Shown here piece by piece: positions 47,701-60,009 of a DNA stretch of 64,000 nt; the stretch's first letter is position 1, and the number at the start of each line of letters is the position of its first letter. Position numbers and translations under genes: made by a program. The notes below the pieces were generated by a model. That model searched no databases and was not told where the DNA came from. It saw only the letters and a list, made by a program, of their open reading frames with translations. The stretch is from Marsupella aquatica (taxonomy: Eukaryota > Plantae > Marchantiophyta): NCBI GenBank assembly GCA_973895155.1, contig OZ316896.1, forward strand, positions 17,534,754 to 17,598,753, given 5' to 3'.

Positions 47701-50700
47701 ACATGCAATTTTGCGCAGTTCACCAATTTTGGGTGATAGAGGAGGCATATTTTTGGATTCTTGTTACGCTGTCGACGAGGAACCTGCTTTTCTACTATCC
47801 CAAGATATTTTGTTTTTTCTCATGTTTCTACGCATTAATTGGAGACTTTAGATGGACATGCAATAGAGGAACTGTAGTTAATAAACCCTAATGCAGTTCT
47901 CTGCTCTGGCATATTTGAAGATTTTTATTCCTTTTTTCTGATAATGATATACAAACCTGAGTGCGATTGTGAATTGAATATCATAGTTGTACTTGTATAT
48001 GGTTGCAGGCAGGTATTCCGGCTGATGCGTTCCAAGTCACAACAGGAAAAGGTAGAACGGGAGCAGCAGTGGCTTCTTTAGAGGGTCTGGGTGGCGTATT
48101 TTTTACTGGCTCATTCAAAACTGGCCTACAGATAGCAAAACAAGCAGCGTCCAACTTGGTCAAGGTCTGTACGTCCTATTCTATATCAAATGACGTCAGA
48201 GGAAATTTCATATCAGGATATTGTTAACCAACGATCATTCCTTGGTCGAGCACATATCCTTTTCTACAAAGTACAGACAACAAATGAAAAATGGATTTCC
48301 CGTCCATGGCAGGTGCAATTGGAGCTGGGAGGGAAAGATGCTGCTTATGTGCGGCAGGATGTGCCCAATGTAGCCAGTGCTGCCGCTTCCATTGCTGACG
48401 GAGCTTTTTATAACAACGGCCAGGTAGGCATTTTAAAAGTCGTCATAGGTTGCGAATTCCTGCTTGATGGTAGAGGTCTGAAGTATGCCTCAAGCCACTC
48501 GAGTAGGAATTGTGGCTGAGTGACCTTACAGTATTAATGTTCTCAGCACATGATCTAGCTACAACCAGCTTACCGAATTTATATCGTGAAGGTGAAACTC
48601 TAAGTGCATACCACATTTCAACCAGAAAACACTATCAGCTTTTCTCCATGTTTGTTCGCATTCCTGAACTTTAGCTGCGGTGCTCACGGCTCATTGGTGC
48701 AGAGTTGCTGCTCGGTGGAGAGAATCTATGTTGACAAGAGGATTTTCCCAGAATTTGTGGGAAATTTTATAAAGACTGTGAAGTCATTCAAGGTCAGTTT
48801 TAGGTGATTCTTTATGGATGCTGCTCATCGCCATCTCCTAAAAATGTCCTTTGATTAAATGTTCCAGTACATTATCTGAATTGTGGCCCATGCAATATTA
48901 CATAGCACGTCATGTTGGGGCACTTGATGTACCTTGTTATGTAACAAGTTCGAGTGTCTAGCACTTCTTGAATTATTAGTTTTGGAGCTCAGGTCGGAGA
49001 TCCCTTGAATGAGGATACATACATTGGACCGCTTGCTAGACAACCGCAAGTTCCATTTCTGGCATCACAAGTAAGTTGAATCTCAAAGAAAAAGCTGCAA
49101 AAACCTTCTGCAGTTTTCGTAGTAGTGTTGAATTCATTGATTTTTGTCGTGAGGTTGCTTGACTTCTATGTTCCCGCCGTGCTTCTATACTAATTCTGTG
49201 CATCACCACTGACTAGGTTACAGATGCACTTGAGAAAGGAGCAAATGCAGTAGTAGGTGGTAACCTTGACTTTAATGAACCTTCAAGCGGTGGATTCTGG
49301 TTCCCTCCCACCGTATGTGATTCAAGCTTCTACCTATGTAAAATTGTCTAATCACCTCACCTCATTTAGCAACGCAGATTCTAACTAAGGTCATGCTAAG
49401 ACCCTCCGCACAAGACTTGCAGAGAGTTACCTTTGACACAGGAGTACTGAAACTATCACAGCGTAGTCGTCGATAAGGAAATTACGAATACTATGAGGGA
49501 AATTGTTTTTTGTTAGGTCAACTTTGCACTTCTTCCTTAGTTTACTTGGATATTGGTGCCAAGAAGGTTTTGATTTAGAGGATTCACTTTGAATGTCAAC
49601 CTCCCCTTTATGCATTAATCATATTCGTGTACTGCATTCTAAGTTCATCATTGTAATGTCTGTCTGGAATTTGTTTGGATTTGGATGTAGCTTTTGTGAA
49701 ACTATTGTGTCAAGAAAACATTAGCACCAGGATATTTCACTTTGGATTTCTTATCTGTTCCGTGGTCAAACCTAAACAATCGGACCTATGTTCCACTGGA
49801 TCCTGAGAGTGTAGATTACGGTAGTGATTAATGGTTTAATCCTTGAGGAGCCTTTGATGTGAGTTCGGTTGTAATTTCTGAATTCTTCGAATATTCTACT
49901 CAGCTTCTTTACTCCGTGACGACTTAAGGCTAAATTGATAATGAAGCTTCTCTCATCTTGGAGCTGTTGAACAGGTTTTGATAGACGTAAATCACACGAT
50001 GAATGTGATGCGTGAGGAGTCATTCGGGCCCGTCATAGGCATTCAGGTGAGTGGCGTTTTAAATAGATTGGAATGTACTTTCTCCGATTGCAGCCATCTT
50101 TGAAGGGGTAGGAATTCTCGCTTCTATTGGTCATCTCCCTTAGCGAAACTTTTCTGGCTTTGTGACCTAAGAGAAGGGAATGCAATTTTGTACTATCTGA
50201 ATGGTGTTTTACCATCTGAAAGAAATAGAATCTTTGATAGCAGACTGCAGCGAGGCCCAATTAACAGTAGTACGAATACCTAATCTAATGGATTGCCATT
50301 AGCATCGATTCAAGCAAGAGACTTTCATGTCAGAAATCTTGACGAGAAACTCAGACGCATAACCTTCGCACACATGTAGGCTGTAGATGGTGACGAAGAG
50401 GCTTCACAGTTGATGAAAGATACTGCCTATGGGCTGACGGCAAGTGTTTTTTGCAAGTCCAGCAAAGATGCTGAGACCATTCTCCGAGGTGAAATTCTCA
50501 TGGGGTTATCTGCTGATTTCATCTGTAATGTTCGTGCCATTTCAACTTCAAGACAAATTTGAGTCCTGGTAGTTTATCCTCTCAGAGCAAACTCCCCATC
50601 TGTTATTCTGCCTGACCGTTCTGACATGGTAAAGAGAAAGGTTCTCACATATCACTGTGAACTGTGACTCAGGGCTAGAAGTTGGCACAGGCTACTGGAA

Positions 50701-51080
50701 TTGTTGCGACCGAGTGTCGCCACGGCTTCCCTGGTAGGAGTTTGTCAAGTGATTGTTATCTTCAAAAGCCAGTTGAATAGTGGATGGTTGGAATAGTCGA
50801 GATATACATTGTGTTGCTTGGTCTGTTTTCGTTTGTTAAATCCTGATATGTCTAGCACTACTGTGATTTGCACTACATTAGATGGAGATGAAAATTTAGG
50901 CAAGGCAACAGCGGCTCTAAATGTTATTGTTTCATATCTGTGTGTATTCTAGAAGTAATAAGTGTATGCTTGAATCGATACAGGTCAGGGAGAAAGGCAT
51001 CTGGCCTTGGTTCCACTCTGGGTCTGGATGGTCTGAGATCATTCGTTCAACCGAAGGGGTTCTTTTTCCAGACTCCCTGA
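44754..51080 (+). CDS. ALDH: NAD(P)-dependent aldehyde dehydrogenase, 16 exons, 485 aa, putative N-terminal targeting peptide
   Basis: Exons 44754-44821, 46245-46317, 46633-46704, 46848-46889, 47031-47144, 47314-47385, 47523-47669, 48009-48164, 48313-48423, 48703-48792, 48993-49070, 49217-49312, 49975-50046, 50380-50488, 50673-50733 and 50984-51080 are all GT-AG and total 1458 nt in frame. Motifs include VVNPATG, AWNYP, KPSE, FTGS, LELGGKD (catalytic Glu), NGQSCC (catalytic Cys), EESFGP and YGLTASV. Confidence 0.92.
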
Positions 51081-52629
51081 TGCTGAGCAAATCATTCACC
51101 AGGTTCAGGATTGTAAACTACAGGCGATCGGTATACCGATCATTATTTCAAGGCAATACCTTCCGTGATCTTACAAATTGCAGAAAAAGTGAAGAATTCG
51201 AATGTCCAGTCCGAGATCCGAAATACTTTTATATTAAATCCTCTTTTGCAATTTGACGAGCTTCAACACGTTGTCATTTCATTCAGCCAAAGTCTTCCCT
51301 TAATTATCTGTACCAATTCTGGAGAGATTGGAGTGAACCGAATCATTATTGTAATACAAGAAACTCCTCTTTTCCGGCCGTTTGCCGGTTTGACTACCAC
51401 AGGGCAACACATGCAGTACTACCACTACCTCATGCTGACTGTCCCAGAACTTGAAACTGAAAACACATGAAAGAAGCGGTAGAGAAGGGATTGATTATGG
51501 TGTGGATGATTCATTTCTTTGCCTTTATGGACGGTAGAGCAGGTAGACATTGCACGGAATCTAGGTCTCCATCTTGCCTTTGTAATGAGTCAGGAACGGT
51601 ACCATCTCATGAGACCGTAACAACGGTCGATGGGAAGTCGTCGTGCTCTGGTGGTAGTATATCAAGGACCTCCCCATCACGTCTTGGCTATCAATCCACG
51701 ACGTATGAGAGGTTTTTAGGTCCACTGTTGTGTGAGTTGAACTCGAGTTCGCTGACCCATAAATTTAAACTCCAACCGGTTATACCCAATGGAAAGGACC
51801 GTTTCAGATATCCCTCTCCCGGAGTTTGAGGTAGTCTATTATTTTTAAGAAATTGCATCTAAGATTCACGGAATTACCTTTCAAATTCTTCATTTGAAAG
51901 CTCATCTCCTTTGAAGGTCTCACACGCTGGATTGTAATCACCATCCGAGTACCTTCTCTGGAAGCTCCAGATTGAATTATTCTGGCTTCTCAGCATTGTA
52001 AGTATGGCGTTGGGCGGAGGATTTTTCAAATTCGAAATGTACTACTCGAGAGCTCCCTCTTGGTAGTGGTTTCTCAATGTTGAGATTTCCAGTCCTGTAC
52101 TGAGAATTTGTCGTAACATTTGGACACCAGACATACACACTAAACCGGCCCACTTATCCGAAGCCAAAATGATAGATAGCAACCCAGACTAATGTGGGTA
52201 CCCACTTTCAAACGTACCCACTAGCAATGTTTTCTTGTTCACACATTAGAATTGCTTTATTTTGTCGATTGAGTATGATAATGTGTCATACTTCGGACAA
52301 AACGAGAAGCGAAGAGCTGAGTACAGTGTGAAGACAGCCTCCGGTCTACACCTAGATCCCCATGAACAACCTGAGGCAAATGTTGAAATTCATGTAAAAG
52401 AATGCTGTACTTATCCGAAAAGAACAATGCCCACGATCATTCCAGGAAGGATTTCTGTAGCAACTTATCAGATTCAGAATGGGGAAAACATGCTTGCGCA
52501 CAAACATCCCCACATGTGACCATAAGTTTGATGTCCAAGACAACTTACAAACTAATGCTTAATATGAACTGAAATTCCCCGCAGAAAGTAGAATGGAATG
52601 CTGAACGACATTGAGAATGATTTTACTTT

Positions 52630-53805
52630 CTAAAGTAGGTTGGTCGCATTTTGCTGCCACAAATTGATGATGTCTGTGGCTTGGTTCAGGAGAATGATGG
52701 TAGTCTTGCGGGAGATCCACTTCTTGCTATCCAATTTCGCCTTCAGTTCTTCCCACGCATCCTTTCTGGGCCAGAAGAAGTAGGGGCTGAGAGGTATTAT
52801 TCCATGCCCAGGAACCACCTGATCCAGAGAAATGCCGATGTTCTTCTCCAACCATAAAAACCTTAGCACAACCCTTTGCTTCTTTCCTGACTTCACAGAC
52901 ACCTTGGACTTCTGCAAAGATAAATCTCCCCAGAAACCAGAGTCAATTCCATCGTCTCCAAACTATGAACAACGGATAGCTAGCAAACGAAGCACATCGC
53001 TTACGCAAACGAATATTTTTTGTCCTCAAATACACCCTAGTCTACAAAGAGACATTTTAGAGTAAATATGACAATGATAGCTATTTCAGTAGTCTGAACA
53101 CGGGTTATAATTTCAAACTATGCCCCACGTCCCAAAAGGAGGGCCGATAAACTTAGCAATTGATTCATTCAAGCGTCTTGATTCATCCATTCCACTCATT
53201 CACCCTCTGTGACAAACACGGTATGAGTTTCAAATTGTGCCCCACGTCCCAAAAGGAAGTCGGTGAACTCAGCAATTGATCCATTCAGGAGTCGTGATTT
53301 TCTCATTCCATTCATTCACCCTCTGTGTGACAACGAGAACTTATGAAGAACAGTCATTCCCTGGACGCATTCTCTGACCCTGAGACACTCTGCTCGACTT
53401 AAAGCCACAAACCCCTCACATCTCATCTCAAAATCGTTCAGCCAGCTCAAGAAAAGGGGTAAGTCAAGTGCAAATCCCACACACCTTCTTTGGTGCCGGT
53501 GTAGGAGGAGGAGAGGGAGGCGACTCCAGCTCGACTTCGCCAGCTTCCGCAGCCTCTGCTCGGATCGCCAAGCGCTTGAAGCTCTTCTCCAAACCCACAC
53601 TCCGTCGTCCAGAGGACGCACGGAGGCCGTTGAGCGCAGGCCTCCTGTGGAGAGAGAACGAGACGATGGAAGAAGAGGAGGGACGAATGCACGCTGCTGA
53701 AGCTGAAGCTGAAGCTCCCGGCGCGAGCCCTGCTGATGCTGCTGCTGCTGCTCTCGAGGTCGACATTGAGGTGCCGCTGAGGCACAGGCTGGTCGACGAC
53801 GCCAT
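52630..53805 (-). CDS. PSRP3: Plastid-specific 30S ribosomal protein 3 (PSRP3/Ycf65), 2 exons, 200 aa
   Basis: Exon 1 at 53805-53485 encodes a Ser/Ala-rich transit peptide. After a GT-AG intron, exon 2 at 52911-52630 encodes [17 protein letters not shown]...[23 protein letters not shown]...[13 protein letters not shown]. Confidence 0.95.
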
Positions 53806-53912
53806 CGCTGCTGCTGATCTGCTTCTGCTCTGCTGCTATGGCGTCCACAACAGTGAGTGTACACCCGCGAGAGTTTATCCTTGTGAACTCTCTTTCCGTG
53901 TATTCTTGCAAT

Positions 53913-54885
53913 CCGTGGTTAAGTGTAACCCAGTCACCGTGTATAAGTGCATTCCGTGGTTAAGTTTAGCCCAGTCACCCTGTATGAGTGCATTCCGTGG
54001 TTAAGTGTACCCAAATCATAGTGTATAATTGTACTCCGTGGTTAAGTGTAACCCAGTCACTGTGTATAAGTGTATTCCGTGGTTAAGTGTACCCAAATTA
54101 TTGCACATAATTGTACTCCGTGGTTAAGTGCAGTCCAGTCACCATGTATAAGTGCATTTTGTGGTTAAGTGTCACCGTGTGTAATTGCATTCTGTGGTTA
54201 AGTGCTGCTCAGTCACTGGGTATAAGTGCATTCCTTGGTGTTAAGTGTAGCCCAGTTACTGTGTATTATAGCACTCCATGGGTAAGTAGCCCAGTCAAGG
54301 TGTAAGTGCATTCTGTGGTTAAGTGTACTCAAGTCACTGTGCATAATTGTACTCCATGGTTAAGTGCAGTCCAGTCACCAGGTATAAGTGCATTCCATGG
54401 TTAAGCATAGAAGTCACCATATGTAATTGCATTCTGTGGTTAAGTGCAGCTCAGTCACCGTGTATAAGTGCATTCCTTGGTGTTAAGTGTAGCCCAGTTA
54501 CTACGTTATTATTGCACTCAGTGGTTAAGTGCAGCTCAGTCGTGGAGTATAAGCGCATTCCGTGGTTAAGTGCAGGTGTATAATTGCACTCCGTGGTTAA
54601 GTGCAGCTCAGTCACCATGTATAAGTGCATTTGGTGGTTAAAGTGTAGCCCAGTCAGGGTGTATAAGTGCATTTCCATGGTTAAGTGTAGCGCAGTCACC
54701 ATGTTTAAGTGCATTCCATGGTAAGTGTAGCCCAGTCACTGTGTATAAGTGTTTTTGTGATTATGTGTAGCCCTGTCAGTGTTTACAAGTGCTTCCTATG
54801 GTTGACTGCAGCCCTGTCACCTGTATAAGTGCATTCAATGGTTAACTGCAGCCCACTTGTGTAGTGCAGCTCGGTTAGTGTAGTC
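53913..54885. repeat. 41-bp minisatellite (roughly 24 units)
   Basis: The unit ccgtggttaagtgtagcccagtcaccgtgtataagtgcatt starts at 53913, 53954, 53995, 54036 and so on, degenerating towards 54885. Confidence 0.93.
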
Positions 54886-55184
54886 CCTTGAATTTAGAGG
54901 GCTTTTTTTTGAAAATGCACCAAGATATGAAGTAGTCTACCTTGCATTAGTGCACCATATATAAAGTACATTGCAAGATTAGCTGCAGCCAGGTCCTGTA
55001 GTCCCCTTATATTACAGGGCTTTCCTTTTAAAAATGTATGACTCCCCAATAATACAAGCCCTTTGACCACTCCCCCTGGTCTGCAAACCAAGCAACCAGG
55101 AGAGCTGACCACACAGGTTTTTGCTATGGGAGGGCCAAACAGAGCCAATGGAAGAGTTTACGGCAGGGCAACTGCCGTGTGAGT

Positions 55185-55203
55185 TTTAGGGTTTAGGGTT
55201 TAG
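55185..55203. promoter_or_regulatory. Telo-box-like interstitial telomeric motif (TTTAGGG x2.7) between the divergent PSRP3 and RH10 genes
   Basis: tttagggtttagggtttag. Telo-boxes are established elements of plant translation and ribosome-biogenesis promoters; function here is inferred. Confidence 0.35.
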
Positions 55204-56911
55204 CATACAGAGTTTGTTCTTGAGGCAAGACCTGACCCGGAAGCCGGCACGCATTCTCACTTCATTAAAATTTCAAACTGTGGGGTGGTTTGGCGTCTAC
55301 TCATGGGAATGTTCTTAAACCGCCACTGTCCCCAAAGCAAAACCTTGTGGATCAGGTTACTAAAATTAGTCAATAACTACTTCAGAAAGTAAAAGGAAGA
55401 GCTATTTTTTGTCCTATCAATGGACACTGGTTGTTTAAGCCATGACCAAAAAGTTCTTCTGAAGAAAAATATATATTCAATTTTTGGGTACGGCTTATTT
55501 TCAGTTCAGTTGGTGGGTTTTAGGGTTTTAGTGACCATCTAGCTAGTACAATACCCTTCGTAGGTTGGAAACTCCACAAAACTACGGGACCACAAACCCA
55601 TTTGGTGGCAGGAAAGTGGGAAAAGTACCATTAGGTTTTTTTGTCCCTGCTTTATTTTAGCATAAATTAGAGACTTAATGTGCTCTTTCAATAAGAACTT
55701 TATCAAAATAATCACCCCAGAAATGATTTTTAAGTCACTATTTTACAGAGTTAGGAATCAGAAGGGAGGCGTGACCAGCGGGGAGTTCAGGGTTTAGGCA
55801 CACCATGTCTCTAGAGAGTGAGAGGGCACCTAAGCCAAAACAGACAAAGTGAGTACACAACTAGGGAAAGACTTAACCAGGTCCCTCTAGCATTTGTGAA
55901 CTTGATAGAACACAAAGATGACTTCAGGACTCAATGGGGCCTTTTAAATGGTAGGCCGTCAAATGTTCAAAAAATATAGTATCTCCACAATACTCGTAGT
56001 GGGGTCTACCTTGGGTACATGGCACCTGACTCAGGGTGTCACAAAACATTTTTTAAAAAATAAATTGATAAACCCAACATTTCATTGGATGATTAAATGA
56101 TTTTTGTTTTTTTAGGCAAAAATTGTTTGGTGTGATTTTAACATTTAAGTTGCATTTCTGACTGTCAGATCTCCCTAGATTTAAGGATGACCATCAGATT
56201 ATGGCTATTGAGACCCAGAAAAAGTAGAGAAATCTCGCCAAAATTAGCCAAAGCATTTTGGGGAAGTGTAATTTGGCGAATTTTCGCAAATATAAAAAAC
56301 GCTGGAAGCAAGACTAAAACCCACACACAGGCTGAAATCAAACTCCAAGGCCGAGACACCACTCTGCACGAAGCATTTACCACATAGTGAAATCAATCAA
56401 ATCCAAGGCCGAAACACCACTCTGCACGAAGCATTTACCACAGAGGGCCGACAGCGAACACCAAAAGAGCACTGAGGTCTGAGCACTGGACTGAATGAGG
56501 GAGAGAGCTCCGAGGTCTGAGCCGTGAGCGAGCACCGAGGTCCAAAGCACACGAGAGCAAAAATGTCCTGCTCTCCCCAATGTGCACCGCCCTAATTGGG
56601 CCGCACTGCCTCAACGGCACCCTAACTTGGCCTCCACTCCAACTGCGCGTGGTGCCACCCTCTGCTACAAAATGTGTGCAGACGAAAATTTAACTGACGT
56701 CGCAGGATGAGCCGGATGTCCAGTGGAAGGCTACTTGTGAATTGTGGTGGACTTTGAACTTTCAGGAGGTATTTGCTTGATGGATCCCCAAAATGAAAAG
56801 TATTATTTGATGGGATCCTTTGAGTTTGTGGCTATGTTGATTTAAGTTCTATTCATTCTGCGAAGTATTTGTTGTCCTCCGAAGCTCGTCAGTCTTCGAG
56901 CAGGAGCAGAG

Positions 56912-58303
56912 ATGGTGGCCATCAAGGAAAGCAAAGCAGGAAACGATTCCGCGAAACTGATGGAGAACGAAGATGACAGGAAGGCAAAGAGCTTCGCTGA
57001 GCTCGGAGTCTGCGAGCAGCTAGCCGATGCCTGCAATGCGCTGGGATGGAAGGCGCCCACTCCGATTCAAATCAACGCCATTCCTCTGGCGCTGGCAGGC
57101 CGCGACATGATCGGCTTGGCGCAAACGGGGTCCGGGAAAACGGCAGCCTTCGCCATCCCCATCCTGCAGGCGCTGCTGGAGAAGTCTCAGAGCCTCTTCG
57201 CTTGTGTGATCTCTCCTACGAGGGAGCTGGCGATTCAAATCGGGGAGCAGTTCGAAGCGCTGGGATCCGGAATCGGAGTGAAATGTGCTGTTGTTGTCGG
57301 TGGAGTCGATATGATGGCACAGGCCATCGCACTGGCAAAGCGTCCTCACATCGTCGTCGGGACACCAGGGCGTCTAGTGGATCACCTGTCGAACACCAAA
57401 GGGTTTAGTCTTCGTGCCTTGAAGTACCTTGTGTTGGATGAGGCGGACAGGCTCCTGAATCTTGACTTTGAAACAGAGATTAATGAGATCCTAAAGGTTA
57501 TACCTAAAGAGAGGAGGACATATCTGTTCTCCGCAACTATGACAACCAAGGTTCAAAAGCTGCAGCGAGCTTGTCTTCGAAACCCAGCCAAGGTTGAGGT
57601 TTCTTCAAAGTACTCAACTGTTGATACATTGAAGCAAGAGTATATCTTCTGTCCAGCGAAATTCAAGGATTGCTATCTTGTCCACATGTTGACCGAAATG
57701 GCAGGAAACACAATCATGGTGTTTACGAGAACTTGTGAAGCAACACGAAAGGTCGCATTGACTCTGCGGAATTTAGGGCTCGATGCCATTACAATCAGTG
57801 GACAAATGAGCCAGCCCAAGAGATTGGGTGCTCTGAATAAGTTCAAAGCAGGGGAGCGGAACATCTTGATATGTACTGATGTTGCCAGTAGGGGCCTCGA
57901 CATTCCATCCGTTGATGTCGTGATAAATTATGATATTCCTGCCAATTCCAAGGATTATATTCACAGGGTTGGGAGAACTGCTCGTGCAGGCAGGTCAGGG
58001 CGGGCAGTTTCCATGGTGACACAGTATGATGTTGAGCTTTATCAACGGATTGAGCAACTGATTGACAAAAAGTTGCCAACCTTTCCCACTGTTCAGGAAG
58101 ACGTCTTGCAGCTGGCAGAGCGAGTAAGTGAAGCACAAAGACTTGCATCGATGCATATGCGGGAGCATGACGGTGGTTCCAAACACAAGAAAAGACGAGG
58201 TGGCGATGATGGTGACAACGAAAACCCTGGAAGGTCATTTGGAGGCAAAAATAAAGACAGATCGTATGACGGCATCAAGAAGAAAAGTAAAAAACCCAGA
58301 TGA
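56912..58303 (+). CDS. RH10: DEAD-box RNA helicase RH10 / RRP3 / DDX47 (18S rRNA processing), intronless, 463 aa
   Basis: Contains the Q motif (GWKAPTPIQ), [30 protein letters not shown] and [16 protein letters not shown]3-type signatures [12 protein letters not shown] and [10 protein letters not shown] are present, with a basic C-terminal tail. Confidence 0.95.
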   Translation: MVAIKESKAGNDSAKLMENEDDRKAKSFAELGVCEQLADACNALGWKAPTPIQINAIPLALAGRDMIGLAQTGSGKTAAFAIPILQALLEKSQSLFACVISPTRELAIQIGEQFEALGSGIGVKCAVVVGGVDMMAQAIALAKRPHIVVGTPGRLVDHLSNTKGFSLRALKYLVLDEADRLLNLDFETEINEILKVIPKERRTYLFSATMTTKVQKLQRACLRNPAKVEVSSKYSTVDTLKQEYIFCPAKFKDCYLVHMLTEMAGNTIMVFTRTCEATRKVALTLRNLGLDAITISGQMSQPKRLGALNKFKAGERNILICTDVASRGLDIPSVDVVINYDIPANSKDYIHRVGRTARAGRSGRAVSMVTQYDVELYQRIEQLIDKKLPTFPTVQEDVLQLAERVSEAQRLASMHMREHDGGSKHKKRRGGDDGDNENPGRSFGGKNKDRSYDGIKKKSKKPR

Positions 58304-59376
58304 GTTGCCTCTTGAGAAAGCACAATTTATTTGGAAGAGATCAAAATTCGAGTCTCGGCAAAGGCCGGGTGAAAAGGGACCCTCGTTTGTTAGTGGGATC
58401 CTCCAGAGAAGTTCAGGGCACAGGTGGAGCACGAGGCCGGGTCTTAGGAAGCTTTGGTTCAAGCTTGAGGGTTTTCGCCTCAGTGTTGCTGCTTCTTCTG
58501 CTCTTCGATATTCTCTACGGCTGTGCATAGCTTCCAGTACAATTACCGGATTTTTTAAGCTTCCGGGCATGGAGGACCTCAACGATGCCGGAGAGGATGA
58601 GTTCTTACTGGCAGCCAAGGACTTGCAGTGGGATAAGGAGAAGATTTCGTTGCATGAGACCAAAACCAAATCGAAATTTACTCTTCAAATCCCTGCAGGT
58701 TTTACAACTTAAAGCAAGCGGGTAACATGGAGAAACACGTTGCTGTAATGAAATTACAAGCATGCGAGGCTGCCACATAGCTGAAGTTGTCGGAAGATAT
58801 CAGAACGAATCTGCAGGAATAGTTGAAAAAACCTCAAGAAGCGAATTATTTCAGGAGTGCAGAGGGATTTAGAATGAAAAGTAGAGCGTTCTCGTAGAGT
58901 CTGGTCTGCCGTATTTGTGCATCGCAAGGCTGCTAGTCTGCTGCCTAGCAGATTCATTTCAAGTCTGTCGGACTTTACATTCAAATCACTTAAGAATTTT
59001 AGACACTGCCTTGCTCAAGATTTCTATTACTGGAACGCAATGTCTGAATTATTGTACACTATCACGGTTTTAAGGTGTCAATGCTCACGATGTTTACTCT
59101 GTCCAATCTAGAAAGACAAAGCCGTTTTTTATCAAACATACGTCATGAACCCTAAAGCAGCCTCCGTTGGCTCATGAGGGCAGCAGATCTATGCTTCTCG
59201 AGCATCTCCACATGGAATGCTGTTAGTAGTATGTGATAACAATTTTCTCTCGGTTTTTGCAGGATCGAGTCGCAGTGTTCAAGTTAGAGCAGCAGATGTC
59301 ACAACCATGATTAAGAAATAATTCCAAACAATCTAGAATGGATCCACTCTATTCACCTGAGGCAGGGAACTTGTCT

Positions 59377-59700
59377 GTGAACGAGTCTACTCCCCTGCTG
59401 GTAATCACACATCAAAATGTGAACGAGTCTACTCCCCTGCTGGTAATCACACATCAAAATGTGGCTGCATTCATTGATTGAAAGGAAAAAGTAATCACAC
59501 ATCAAAATGTGGCTGCATTCATTGATTGAAAGGAAAAAATAATCACACATCAAAATGTAATCACACATCAAAATGTGGCTGCATTCATTGATTGAAAGGA
59601 AAAAGTAATCACACATCAAAATGTGGCTCCATTCATTGATTGAAAGTAAAAAGTAATCACACATCAAAATGTGGCTGCATTCATTGATTGAAAGGAAAAA
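59377..59700. repeat. Compound tandem repeat (42-bp then 48-bp units sharing gtaatcacacatcaaaatgtg)
   Basis: Directly visible. It explains the repetitive ORF at 59353-59748. Confidence 0.9.
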
Positions 59701-60009
59701 ACTACTATTATCACTGTATGCAGGGGTGTCGCACATAGTGTATGTCATATTTTGATGTGCAGTTAAGCAGGGGTGTCATACATAGTATATGTCATATTTT
59801 GATGTGCAGTTACCGAGACGCAGTCTACTCCATGTAGACTACCCTTAATTGACGCATGCTTGTGATTTTTTGGGCGTGAACTTGTATAATTGCTGCAATG
59901 ACGAAAGCTGGGCAGATGCCTCATCTTTTTAACATGTTTTTTGGGTGTGTAGGATAGAGTTCCCAACCATGCATTTGGTAATTGCGAGGTGATACACAAC
60001 ACAGTTAAA

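Noticed and set aside
51480-52120. Semi-open minus-strand frame between ALDH and PSRP3
   Set aside because: Several stops and no recognisable homology.
53913-54885. ORFs within the 41-bp minisatellite and within 59353-59748
   Set aside because: Repeat translations only.
58128-58712. 194-aa ORF overlapping the RH10 3' end
   Set aside because: Alternative frame running into the probable 3' UTR; no domain recognised.
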